Source: Myxococcota bacterium (GTDB lineage: Bacteria > Myxococcota_A > Polyangia > Nannocystales > Nannocystaceae). Taken from it: a DNA stretch of 64,000 nt. Each line of letters opens with the position of its first letter. Within the stretch, counting starts at the first letter, position 1. Both the position numbers and the translations under genes were made by a program. The notes under the pieces are model-generated. The model was given only the letters and a program-made list of their open reading frames with translations. It was not told the DNA's origin and searched no databases. Below, piece by piece: positions 54,930 to 64,000 of the stretch. The stretch spans positions 1 to 64,000 of the forward strand of contig JBCCHT010000027.1 in assembly GCA_039028615.1 (NCBI GenBank). The letters are read 5' to 3'.

Positions 54930-55574
54930 TTGTCGAGCACCGCGCTACTCGCCCTCATCGTCGCCTCCACGGCCCCCGCCTCGGACTCGGCAGACCAGCC
55001 GTCCCCGCCGACGGAACCTCCGCCCGTGGCCACCTTCGCGTCGCACATGGCCCGCGGCGTACCGCTCACGGTCGGCTACTTTGGCCCCTACGCGATTCAG
55101 CCGGGGGTCCGCGTCGGCACCTGGTTCCCCATCAAGGCCTGGACCAAGACCCGCGACGCGCGGCGTGGCCCCGTCACGCGCACGGGGAGCCTCTTCGCCG
55201 GACCGCAGCTGGCCTTCTTCGCTCGCCCCGGCAACCACCTCAGCGTGATGGCCAGCGGTGAGCTCGGCTATCGCTTCCAACGACACGACCGCAAGGTCCA
55301 CTCCGCGTTCGCGATCGGTGGTGGGTACCTCGCGTCCTTTCAGATCGTGACCATCGCCGTCGATCTGAGCAGCGGAGACAAGAACAACACCCGGGAAATG
55401 CGGCACTACTTCGTGCCCACTCTCAGCTACGCCCTCGGGCACGACGTGCTGCCCAACTTCGGCTGGTTCCTGAAGTTTTCCTACGGCCAGAAGCTCTCCG
55501 TCCCCATCGAGAGCTCAGCCATGGTCATGGTCGAGCTCGGTCTGTCGTTTCGCCTCGGAGGGCGCCGCCCATGA
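54930..55574 (+). CDS. Exported protein, possible small outer-membrane beta-barrel
   Basis: Signal-like N-terminus; alternating aromatic strands (ELGYRF, IGGGYL, LSYALG, ELGLSF). Start uncertain. Confidence 0.6.
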   Translation: MSSTALLALIVASTAPASDSADQPSPPTEPPPVATFASHMARGVPLTVGYFGPYAIQPGVRVGTWFPIKAWTKTRDARRGPVTRTGSLFAGPQLAFFARPGNHLSVMASGELGYRFQRHDRKVHSAFAIGGGYLASFQIVTIAVDLSSGDKNNTREMRHYFVPTLSYALGHDVLPNFGWFLKFSYGQKLSVPIESSAMVMVELGLSFRLGGRRP

Positions 55575-56788
55575 GCCACCGCAAGATCGACCGCCGAGCA
55601 TTCCTCGCCCAGTGCAGGGCGCTCGGGCTGGGCCTGCCCTGGTTACCGCTGCTGCTCGAGGGCTGCGGTGAAGACGTCGGCGGCCTCTACTCCAATTTCG
55701 AGGTCGGCTTCTCCGGCCGGGTCATCGTCGTGGGCGCGGGCGCATCGGGGCTCGCCGCGGGCTACCTGCTCCAGCGCTACGGCATCGATTTCGAGATCCT
55801 CGAGGCCTCGTCGGACATCGGCGGCCGCGTCAAGCGAGCCCCGGACTTCGCCGACTTTCCCATCGACGTCGGCGCGGAGTGGATCCACGAGGACCCGGTC
55901 ATCCTGGCCAACCTCATCGACGATTCCACCGTCGAGGGTTCCATCGACGTCGTGCCCTACAGCCCCGATACCGTGTACACGTGGTCCAACGGCCGACTCA
56001 ATCGGCTCAACGCGGGCGGCAACTTCTATAGCGAGTTCAAGTTCAAGAGCACGACCTGGTACGGCTTCCTCGAGACCTACTTCGCCTCTGGCTTCCGCGA
56101 CCGCATCTCGCTCGACACCCCGGTCACCCGCATCGACACCCAAGGTGACGGGGTCATCATCACCGACGCACAGGGGATGGAACGCCAGGCCGACCGCGTC
56201 TTGATCACCGTCCCCGTCCAGGTTCTGCGCAGCGACATCATCGAGTTCACGCCCGCGCTGCCGCAGGCCAAGCGGGACGCGCTCGACCAGGTGCAGATCC
56301 CCGACGGCATCAAGGTCTTCATCGAGTTCTCCGAGCGCTTCTACCCCGACATCCTGCTCGTCGGCGCCGTGCTCTCGGACTCCTTCACCGAGAAGATCTA
56401 TTACGACGCCGCGTTTCGGAAGGACTCCGGCCGCAACGTCATGGGGCTGTTCTGGGTCAGCGAGCAGGCGTCCGAGTTCACCTCGTTGGGCTCCGATCAG
56501 GAGATCGTCGACGCCATGCTGGCCGAGCTCGATCAGATGTTCGACGGCCAGGCCTCGTCTTCCTACGTCGACCACGTCGTCCAGAACTGGTCGCAGGAGC
56601 CCTACATTCGGGGGGCGTACTCGACCGGTTTTGGCACCTCGACCGAGGCGACCCAGGCCGCGTTGATCGAGCCGGTCGACGACAAGCTGTTCTTCTCCGG
56701 GGAAGCGCTGGCCACCGACAACTCGGCCACCGTGCCCGGCGCGATGCAATCGGCCTACGCCGCCATCGAGGCTCTGCTCCGCAGCTAG
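55571..56788 (+). CDS. Flavin-containing amine oxidase family, Tat lipoprotein
   Basis: DRRAFL and LEGC; VVGAGASGL, IGGRV, GAEWIH, WSQEPYIRGAYS, FSGEA. Confidence 0.9.
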   Translation: MSHRKIDRRAFLAQCRALGLGLPWLPLLLEGCGEDVGGLYSNFEVGFSGRVIVVGAGASGLAAGYLLQRYGIDFEILEASSDIGGRVKRAPDFADFPIDVGAEWIHEDPVILANLIDDSTVEGSIDVVPYSPDTVYTWSNGRLNRLNAGGNFYSEFKFKSTTWYGFLETYFASGFRDRISLDTPVTRIDTQGDGVIITDAQGMERQADRVLITVPVQVLRSDIIEFTPALPQAKRDALDQVQIPDGIKVFIEFSERFYPDILLVGAVLSDSFTEKIYYDAAFRKDSGRNVMGLFWVSEQASEFTSLGSDQEIVDAMLAELDQMFDGQASSSYVDHVVQNWSQEPYIRGAYSTGFGTSTEATQAALIEPVDDKLFFSGEALATDNSATVPGAMQSAYAAIEALLRS

Positions 56789-56803
56789 AGGCACCCGTCG
56801 CCC

Positions 56804-56846
56804 AAAAAGCGAGAGCCCGGGCTCGAGACGACGCTCGAGCACGGGC
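56804..56846 (-). terminator. Hairpin between convergent genes
   Basis: GCCCGGGCTCGAG-6 nt-CTCGAGCACGGGC, with A5 on the left (U-tract for the minus strand). Confidence 0.5.
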
Positions 56847-56869
56847 CCTGTGAGCTTGCCGCCCAGCGA

Positions 56870-59374
56870 CTAGTTCGGCACGTAGATGAGCTGCAAGCCG
56901 TTGGTGAGCGTCGGGGTGTTGCAGCTGTACTGCAGCGCCGAGCCGGCGTTCAGCTGAATACCGGCCGTAGCCTCGGCCCCATTATCGCCGGCATTGCCCG
57001 CGTTGATCGTGTCCGGGTAGCACACGTCGATCTGCCCCGTCGCCTCCGACAACATGGCCTGGACGCGGATCAGGTCCAACGTACTGCCGTTGAAGTGGGG
57101 CACTTCCCACTGCACGATAAAGCGGCGATCGCCGGCCACACCGAGCGTCTGGTAGTAGACATCACCCGCCGCCGCCGGGTTGAGGTCGTCCCAGAACGTG
57201 TAGAGCGTGCTGTCCGTCGGCGCCGACCCGGTGGGCAAGCAGGTGTTCGTGAAGGGCACCGCCGTGGCCGAACCGAAGTTCAGGCCGCCGTTCGACATGA
57301 CGTTGGCCTGCGTGTAGCCGACACCGTAGACGGGGAAGGTGAAGCCGATCGGCACGATGGTCGCCGCATCGTCACCGAGCCCGGTCGGCGTCCCGGTCAG
57401 GCTGATGTCGTCGCACGTGGTGCTCGGCGGCACGAACTCGTAGCCGTCGTAGCCGGAGTCACTGCCGAAGGGCGTGCCCGGGAGGTCGCAGCTGGAGACG
57501 TCGAACTGGCAGCTGGCCGAGCAGCTCAGCGTCCCGCCCGTGAAGCCCAAGGAGAGGCAATCCTCGCCGTCGAGGTTCGCCCCGTCGCAGGCTTCGCCCG
57601 CGTCGATGGACCCGTTGCCGCAGGCGTTGCACGCCGAGGTGTCGTAGGACCCGCAGTCGGGGCTGCAGCCCAGCGTACCGCCGATGAAGCCCTGGGAGAC
57701 GCAGTCTTCACCGTCGAGGTCGGCCCCGTCGCACGTCTCCGAGCCCTGGTCGACGATGTCGTTGCCACAGCCGCCACAGATGGCGTTGCAGTCGTTGACC
57801 GCCGAGGTGGCGCAGGCCGCATCCCAGTTCGAGGCGCAGCACGAGGCATCCAGCGAGCACACGCAGGCCTCGATGGCCGGCTCTTCACAGCCCGGACTCC
57901 CGTTGGCGAAGCAACAGTCACCACCGTCGAGCGGCACACAGCCCGCGGTGTTGAAGGTGCAGTTGGGGGCACACGACAGGGCACCCGCCCCGAAGCCGAG
58001 CGAGGTGCAGGTCTCCCCGTCGAGGTCGAACCCGTCGCACTGCTCGAAGCCACCGACGACCCCGTCGCCGCACACGAAGCAGGCCGAGGTATCGAAGGCA
58101 CACGAGCCCGGCGTGCACGCGAGCGTGCCGCCGTTGAAGCCCTGGGTGATGCAGGACTCCCCGTCGAGGTTCGCGCCATCGCAGTCTTCGCCTCCAGTGA
58201 CCAGCCCGTCGCCGCAGCTATAGTTGAAGCAGCCCGAGGTGTCGTAGCCCCCGCAGTCCGCCTGGCAGCCCAAAGTCCCGTCGTCGAAGCCCTGGCTCAC
58301 GCAGGTCTCGCCGCCCAGGTTGAGGTTGTCGCAGACCTCGGGGCCCTCGATGACGTTGTTGCCACAGGCCCAGATCTCGCAGCTCAGCGTGTCGAAGCCG
58401 CACGAGGCATCGCAGGACAGCGTGCCGCCGGAGAAGCCCAGGGTCACGCAGTCTTGGCCGTCGAGGTCGGCCCCGTCGCAGAACTCGGGACCCTCGAGGA
58501 TCCCGTTGCCGCACGACCACTCGATGCACCCGGAGGTGTCGAAGGTACAGCCGGCATCGCACGCGAGCACACCTTCGTCGAAGTCCATGCCCACGGTGGT
58601 GCAGGCCTGGCCGTCGAGGTTGGCCCCGTCGCAGTCCTCGCCCGAGGTCACCAGCCCGTCGCCGCAGACCCAGGTCACACACCCGCTGGTGTCCAGGTTG
58701 CAGGACGCATCGCAGGCGATCAGGCCGTCGTCGAAGCCCTGCGACAGGCAGTTCTCGCCGCCCAGGGCCGTGCCGTCACATTGCTCTGCGCCTTCGATGG
58801 TGTCGTTGCCGCACGACCAGCTCACGCAGCCCGTGGTGTCGAATCCACACCGGTCGTCACACGCGAGCGTGCCCTCGTCCCAGCCCTGCGACACGCAATC
58901 CTCACCGTCGAGGTCGTCGCTGTCACAGGCCTCGCGGCCCTGGATCTCACCGTCGCCGCACGACCAGTCGACACACGCCGACTCGTCGAAGGTGCAGCCG
59001 GCCGAGCACGCCAAGGACCCTTCGTCGTAGCCGAGGCCGAGGCAGTCTTGCCCGCCCAGGTCACGGCCATCGCAGTCCTCTCCGTCCTCGACCGCATCGT
59101 TGCCGCACTCGGCCGAAGGCCCGTCCGAAGAGCTGCCGCCGGTTTCGTCGGCCGAGCCGCTCCCGACGTCGGTATCGCCTCCGGTCTCGCTCATCGTGCC
59201 GGCACCGCTGGTCGTCGGATCCGGCGCGCCGACGGTACTCTCACCGCCGCCATCGGTAGGGACACCAAAGGTCGTGATGACGCCGACGGCTCCGTCGTCG
59301 CCACAGCCCGCCAATCCGAATACGGTGGTCAGCCCAAGGCCGCCCACACATAGTGATTCAATCCACCCCCGCAT
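56870..59374 (-). CDS. Cys-rich repeat surface lipoprotein (10 CGNG/CGDG repeats) with nidogen-like C-terminal domain
   Basis: Ten ~50-aa units CG[ND]G....E.CDG.DL.G..C...GF..GTL.C...C.FDTS.C; C-terminal IGFTFPVYG...SNG...FWDDL...FIVQW. Confidence 0.88.
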   Translation of the reverse strand: MRGWIESLCVGGLGLTTVFGLAGCGDDGAVGVITTFGVPTDGGGESTVGAPDPTTSGAGTMSETGGDTDVGSGSADETGGSSSDGPSAECGNDAVEDGEDCDGRDLGGQDCLGLGYDEGSLACSAGCTFDESACVDWSCGDGEIQGREACDSDDLDGEDCVSQGWDEGTLACDDRCGFDTTGCVSWSCGNDTIEGAEQCDGTALGGENCLSQGFDDGLIACDASCNLDTSGCVTWVCGDGLVTSGEDCDGANLDGQACTTVGMDFDEGVLACDAGCTFDTSGCIEWSCGNGILEGPEFCDGADLDGQDCVTLGFSGGTLSCDASCGFDTLSCEIWACGNNVIEGPEVCDNLNLGGETCVSQGFDDGTLGCQADCGGYDTSGCFNYSCGDGLVTGGEDCDGANLDGESCITQGFNGGTLACTPGSCAFDTSACFVCGDGVVGGFEQCDGFDLDGETCTSLGFGAGALSCAPNCTFNTAGCVPLDGGDCCFANGSPGCEEPAIEACVCSLDASCCASNWDAACATSAVNDCNAICGGCGNDIVDQGSETCDGADLDGEDCVSQGFIGGTLGCSPDCGSYDTSACNACGNGSIDAGEACDGANLDGEDCLSLGFTGGTLSCSASCQFDVSSCDLPGTPFGSDSGYDGYEFVPPSTTCDDISLTGTPTGLGDDAATIVPIGFTFPVYGVGYTQANVMSNGGLNFGSATAVPFTNTCLPTGSAPTDSTLYTFWDDLNPAAAGDVYYQTLGVAGDRRFIVQWEVPHFNGSTLDLIRVQAMLSEATGQIDVCYPDTINAGNAGDNGAEATAGIQLNAGSALQYSCNTPTLTNGLQLIYVPN

Positions 59375-59441
59375 ATCCCAATGCTACACCATGGGTGGCA
59401 CGATGCGGCCCTGCCGATCACGCCGAGCGTCCGTGAGTGGA

Positions 59442-60155
59442 TCACCATGAAATGGACTTCCCGTCCTTGAAGAAGCCACCCGTTCGTTCCCATGGCAGAC
59501 GCAAGGTCGCGAGCAAGCCATCGGCGGCGTCCTGCGGTGTTCCCGGGGCATCGGGGCCGCCCAAATCGGTCTTGACCCAGTCAGGATCGAAAGCAATGAC
59601 GGAAACCTGTCCCTCGAGTTCTGCCGCCTGAAGCATGGTGAGGCCATGCAGGGTCCACTTGCTCAAGCGGTAGGAGGCGATGCCCGGCTCGGTGAGACCC
59701 TTATGCGTACCAGCACCCGAACCTACATTGACGACGCGGGGCTCGACCCCTTCGAGTAGCAAGGGGACCAACGCCCGCGTCGCCCGAAACGGAGCGAGGA
59801 CGTTGACGTCGAGGGTCTGCTCGAGGATGCCTTCGGGCTCGGCCATGATCGCCGCGTCGTGGTGAAGCATGACGGCCGCGTTGTGGATCACGGTGTCCAC
59901 CGCCCCCCACTTGGCCGCGACTCGATCCGCGAGCCGCTGCGCCGAGTCGGCCGCAGTCACATCGAGCACGAGGGTTTCGAACGAACCCGGCCCGAGTTCA
60001 GCCAGCTCTTCGCGCGCCCGCGCGAGCCGTTCGGCATCGCGGGCAATGCCGAGCACATCGGCTCCCCCCGCGATGAAACGCTCGGCCGCGCAGCGACCAA
60101 TGCCGCGCGACGCCCCGGTCAGCACGATGCGACGCCCCTCCAACGAATCAGCCAT
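59442..60155 (-). CDS. Short-chain dehydrogenase/reductase
   Basis: TGASRGIG, HNAA, YRLSK, WVKTDLGG. Confidence 0.92.
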   Translation of the reverse strand: MADSLEGRRIVLTGASRGIGRCAAERFIAGGADVLGIARDAERLARAREELAELGPGSFETLVLDVTAADSAQRLADRVAAKWGAVDTVIHNAAVMLHHDAAIMAEPEGILEQTLDVNVLAPFRATRALVPLLLEGVEPRVVNVGSGAGTHKGLTEPGIASYRLSKWTLHGLTMLQAAELEGQVSVIAFDPDWVKTDLGGPDAPGTPQDAADGLLATLRLPWERTGGFFKDGKSISW

Positions 60156-60279
60156 CGCGGAAGCGTACCCGAAGCCATCGCCGCTGCGGGCGGCCATGGT
60201 GCACACGAGCAATGGAACAGTTGCTTCCGGTCACCCGCGCCAACGCGTCGTCGAAGCGCTACCCTTGCAGCCTTCGCCC

Positions 60280-60888
60280 ATGGCCACTCACGGACCCATC
60301 GACCGCAAGGCCCCCCGCGAGCGCATCGAGCTCGACGAGACCTCGTGGGTCGACGTGGTACGAGGGTTCGCCGCCGACTCGCAGCAGACCCTCGAGCGAC
60401 TGATCGAGACCGTCGACTGGCGCGACAACTGGGTCATCCGCGGTGGTCGCAAGGTGGCCGACCCGCGCCTGTCCGGCTCGCTCAGCCGCGCCCAAGCCGA
60501 CGCCGACCCCACCTTTCGCTTCAGTCGCCTCATCATGGAGGCCCGCTACCGAGTGCGCCTGGTCGGGCCCCAGTTCGTCTACTACCGCGACGGTCGCGAC
60601 AGCATGGGCCTGCACCGCGACGATGAGATGCGCTGGGTCGACAAGACCATCATCGCCGGCCTCGCTTTTGGGGCCACGCGCCCCTTCGTGCTGCGATCGA
60701 TGCGAGGCGGAGCGGAGCACGAGATCCAGCTCGCCAGCGGCGACCTGTATGTCATGGGCGGTCGGTGCCAGGCCGACTGGCTGCACGGCGTGCCCAAGGT
60801 GCCCGAGGCGGGTCCCAAGATCTCCGCCGTGTGGCGCTGGACCTCGCGACAGGGCAAGCCGGTCCCCGTACGACGCGACGGACCTTGA
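60280..60888 (+). CDS. AlkB-family 2OG-Fe(II) dioxygenase
   Basis: YYRDGRDSMGLHRDDE, FGATRPF, GDLYVMGG.CQ..W.HGVPK, KISAVWR. Confidence 0.88.
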   Translation: MATHGPIDRKAPRERIELDETSWVDVVRGFAADSQQTLERLIETVDWRDNWVIRGGRKVADPRLSGSLSRAQADADPTFRFSRLIMEARYRVRLVGPQFVYYRDGRDSMGLHRDDEMRWVDKTIIAGLAFGATRPFVLRSMRGGAEHEIQLASGDLYVMGGRCQADWLHGVPKVPEAGPKISAVWRWTSRQGKPVPVRRDGP

Positions 60889-61041
60889 GCCCTGCAATTG
60901 CGGAGGCGCCCGAGCTTTGCGCCCTCGTTCGTCATGACCACGCCCTCGAATATTCTCCAATGATTCCGGTGACAATGCTCGGCTGAGGCCATCGTTCCCC
61001 GCCCGCTAGCGAGCGCCCCCGATCCGTGGCACAACGCCGAG

Positions 61042-61869
61042 ATGTCGACCGACATCGGAGCGCCGACCTGGACCCGTGACGACGTACTCGCGGCCCTGCC
61101 TGCGTTCGCCGAGGTCTACGGCAAGCGGCCGATCCAGGACAACCGCGGCGGCATGAAGGCCCCGCACATGTTCGCGACCTGGTTCATGACGCGGGCGCTC
61201 CAGCCCAAGGTGATCATCGAGAGCGGGATCTGGCGCGGCCAGAGCACCTGGCTGCTCGAGCAGGCCTGTCCCGAGGCCCGCATCATCTCCATCGACCCCG
61301 AGCTGTCCGCCCGCGAGTACATCTCGTCGCGGGTCACCTATCACGACACGGACTTCTCCGAGCTCGACTGGACCGAGCTCGACCCCGAGCAGACGCTGGT
61401 CTTCTTCGACGACCACCAAAACGCCCTCGGTCGCGCTCAGCAGTGCCGATGGTTCGGCCTCCGCCACCTCATCTTCGAAGACAACTATCCCGCGTCGTGC
61501 GGGGACTGCTACAGCCTGAAGAAGGCCTTCGCGGGCGCCGGCTTCGAGCCCAGCACCCCCGACAACCGCTGGCGCGGCAAGCTGGCGAAGATGGTCGAGG
61601 GCGCCCGCTCGGGCATGCTGCAGTACCACAGCGACCGCGTGGCCCCGAACCAACACGACGCGGCCATCCTGCGTCGGAACCTCGAGGTCTACCACGAGTT
61701 CCCGCCCGTGTTCGTCCGCGACAACACCCGCTGGGGCGACCCGTGGACGGAGCCGGCCTACCCCACCCCCGCGCCGCTGCTCTCGGCTGACGACAAAGAC
61801 CGACACCCGGTCTTCTGGGAAGAAGCCGAGCACTACACCTGGATCTGCTACGCGCGTCTGAAGGCATGA
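61042..61869 (+). CDS. Putative class I SAM-methyltransferase-fold protein, first gene of a polysaccharide locus
   Basis: IIESGIWRGQST, LVFFDDH, IFEDNY; ATGA overlap with the flippase. Confidence 0.65.
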   Translation: MSTDIGAPTWTRDDVLAALPAFAEVYGKRPIQDNRGGMKAPHMFATWFMTRALQPKVIIESGIWRGQSTWLLEQACPEARIISIDPELSAREYISSRVTYHDTDFSELDWTELDPEQTLVFFDDHQNALGRAQQCRWFGLRHLIFEDNYPASCGDCYSLKKAFAGAGFEPSTPDNRWRGKLAKMVEGARSGMLQYHSDRVAPNQHDAAILRRNLEVYHEFPPVFVRDNTRWGDPWTEPAYPTPAPLLSADDKDRHPVFWEEAEHYTWICYARLKA

Positions 61870-63368
61870 GTACCGACGCGCATCGCCGGGCGTCCCGCAC
61901 CGCCGGTGTGCTCGTCCTCGGCAAGGTCCTGGCGACCTTGGCCGAGATGGTCCTGCCGCTGCTGATCGTGCGGCTGCTCGGCAAGGCCGACGTCGGCGCC
62001 CTGATGGCGCTGATGCTCATCTACAACACGCTCGCGCCGATCGTCAGCACCGGGGTCCCGCAGGCGGTCATGTACAACCTGCCCGGCCGCAGCCCGGCCG
62101 AGCGCGCCGCGGTGACCCGCCACATCGTGCGCTTGATGATCGGCCTGGGGGGGGTGGCCGCCGTGATCTTGGCGGCGCTGGGCCTATGGGGCACGCAAGC
62201 GGTCGAGGCCTTCTCTCCCGAGTCCGGCGTCACCGATCTGTCCCCGCTGCTGGTGCTCGCCCTGTTCCCGCTCGGCGACGTCCCGGCCCGCATGCTGACC
62301 AACCTGCTCGTGATCGAGGAGCGACCCCGCGGCGCCGCGGGCTACGGCCTGCTCCGCTCGCTGGGCATGAGCGTGTGCACCCTGGTGCCCATCGCCATGG
62401 GCGGCGACGCGTGGTCCGTGGCCACCTGGCTCGCCGTCTTCGGCCTGGCTCAGCTCGCGCTGGTGTTCGGGTACGTGAACAGGATCTACGCCGGAGTGGC
62501 GCGGCAGCCGAGCCCGGTCGACTACGGCACGCTCATTCGCTTCGGCCTCCCGCTGGGCATGACCAGCATGGTCGCGGTGCTCAACAAGTTCTTCGATCGC
62601 TTCGCGATCCTGCTGTACTTCGGCGGCACCCAGTACCCGGAGTACGAGATGGGGGCGTGGCAGATCCCCATCATCACCACCATCCCGTACATGATCGGCA
62701 CCGCGATCGCGCCGCAGATGGTGGAGGCCTTCCAGGCCGAGCGCCCCCGCGAAGCCCTCTCGCTGTGGCGCGCGTCGATCGACAAGACCTCGCTGCTCGT
62801 CGTGCCCTTCGCGCTGGTGTTCGTCGTCGCGGCCGAAGAAGCGGTGGAGCTGCTGTTCACCGCCGACTACCTGGCGGCCGCCCCCGTGCTGCGCTGGTAC
62901 TCGATCCTCAGCCTGGGGAGGGTCGCGTCCTACGGAGAGGTCATCGTGGCCGCGGGGCGACCGAAGTACGTGCTCCAGGCCGCCGTCTTGTCCTTCGCCT
63001 CGAACGTAGTGCTCAGCGTGCCGCTGCTGTTCTGGCTGGGCTTCATCGGACCCGCCATGGGCACCGCCCTGGCCTTCATCCCCTGCGCGATCTTCTATTG
63101 CTGGTGCATCGCGCGAGCGTCGGGGCTGCGCATCACCGAGACCTTCCCGCTGCTGAGCTACCTGCGCATCCTCGCCGTCGGGCTCACCGGGGTGGCGCTG
63201 GCCGTCGGCTTCAAGCTCTCGTTCGACGGCTCCGCCGCGATGATGATGGCGACCGAGGCCGCCATCCTCCTGGTCACCTTCGCGGTGGTCGGGACCCTCA
63301 CCCGCACCATCGGCACCGAGGACTGGCGCTACCTACGGAACTGGCTGCGGCTGCGACTCGGCGGCTGA
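61866..63368 (+). CDS. Wzx/MOP-family oligosaccharide flippase
   Basis: About 12-14 TM helices; RLLG, FGLPLG, FDRF, GFIGPAMGT. Confidence 0.85.
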   Translation: MSTDAHRRASRTAGVLVLGKVLATLAEMVLPLLIVRLLGKADVGALMALMLIYNTLAPIVSTGVPQAVMYNLPGRSPAERAAVTRHIVRLMIGLGGVAAVILAALGLWGTQAVEAFSPESGVTDLSPLLVLALFPLGDVPARMLTNLLVIEERPRGAAGYGLLRSLGMSVCTLVPIAMGGDAWSVATWLAVFGLAQLALVFGYVNRIYAGVARQPSPVDYGTLIRFGLPLGMTSMVAVLNKFFDRFAILLYFGGTQYPEYEMGAWQIPIITTIPYMIGTAIAPQMVEAFQAERPREALSLWRASIDKTSLLVVPFALVFVVAAEEAVELLFTADYLAAAPVLRWYSILSLGRVASYGEVIVAAGRPKYVLQAAVLSFASNVVLSVPLLFWLGFIGPAMGTALAFIPCAIFYCWCIARASGLRITETFPLLSYLRILAVGLTGVALAVGFKLSFDGSAAMMMATEAAILLVTFAVVGTLTRTIGTEDWRYLRNWLRLRLGG

Positions 63369-63422
63369 GCGCGCTGCATGGGGCCCCTGGCTCGCTTTCA
63401 CCGGTCTGGGTGCGAAGGAGGT

Positions 63423-64000
63423 ATGCTCCGCCCCCGTCATGTCCCCCCGCCTGCGGGCCCACTCCATCGCGGCCGCCGAGCCCTCCCTGGCCGCCCAGCA
63501 AATCGCGACCGCTGCCCTCGGCGATGCTCCGCGGGCGCGCCCGCTCGTGCTCGTCGTCGCGAGCTGGGGAGCCCACCCCGGGCTGCGGCCCAGCCCCTGG
63601 GTGCTCGACGGGGTGATGCAGGCGATCGACGACGGCACGCTGAACGGACACTCGTTCGTGCTCGGCGACGACGAAGGCCCCGACTCGCTGTCGGCTCGGC
63701 TCTCGGCGCGTGGCCTGCCGCCCAGCCCCGCTCGCGGTGCCGACACCATCACGCTGCACCCGGCCGGCTCCCGTCGCACGCTGCGAATCCCTCGCGCGTG
63801 GGTCGGGGCCAACCTGTGCCTCGTGCTGCCCTGCCTGCACCGAGAGCAGCCGGCCAAGCAAGGGCCCCGCTGGCGCGGCCCCGTCGGCCAGGCGCTGCTG
63901 CAGCTGGTGAGCGAGTGGGGGGCCGTCCGAGCCCGCGACTCGATCCAGCAGGCCGCCCACTGCATCGCCGAGCTCTTCGCCCACGTCAGCGTCATCATCG
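63423..64000 (+). CDS. Hypothetical protein, possibly degenerate DUF362-like; 3' truncated
   Basis: AAGGAG RBS and an open frame MLRPRHVPRL...HPGLRPSPWVLDGVM...LRIPRAWVG...VSVII to the window end; absent from the ORF track. Confidence 0.6.
   Translation, partial: MLRPRHVPPPAGPLHRGRRALPGRPANRDRCPRRCSAGAPARARRRELGSPPRAAAQPLGARRGDAGDRRRHAERTLVRARRRRRPRLAVGSALGAWPAAQPRSRCRHHHAAPGRLPSHAANPSRVGRGQPVPRAALPAPRAAGQARAPLARPRRPGAAAAGERVGGRPSPRLDPAGRPLHRRALRPRQRHH

Overview
High-GC chromosomal window, most likely from a myxobacterium of the Nannocystaceae type. This is inferred from an AgmX/PglI-type TonB-C protein, many Ser/Thr/Asp-linker lipoproteins, CGNG Cys-rich repeats and a DUF1501 operon. It holds about 47 CDS; I found no rRNA, tRNA, CRISPR array or transposase. 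Housekeeping and metabolic genes include gap, udk, tryptophan 2,3-dioxygenase, a crotonase, an SDR, an AlkB-family enzyme, a haloalkane dehalogenase-type hydrolase and an amine oxidase. Larger units are a sigma54-driven, Tat-less Psr/Phs-family molybdoenzyme operon with a fused Fe-S/NrfD subunit beside a SulP transporter, an 11-heme cytochrome c lipoprotein operon, an orphan FlhA/SctV homologue and the start of a surface-polysaccharide locus. The best novelty candidate is a ~100-nt structured RNA (about 11508-11607). It has its own sigma70-like promoter inside the 3' end of a large helical-plus-TerD-like gene and its own intrinsic terminator, which suggests a Ro60/Y-RNA-like ribonucleoprotein system. 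Other leads are a catalytically degenerate CHAT protein, a Zn-ribbon/transglutaminase-like putative effector, a DUF1801-acidic-histone-H1-like fusion missed by the ORF track, and apparently widespread leaderless transcripts. All family calls come from motif recognition by eye; no searches were run.
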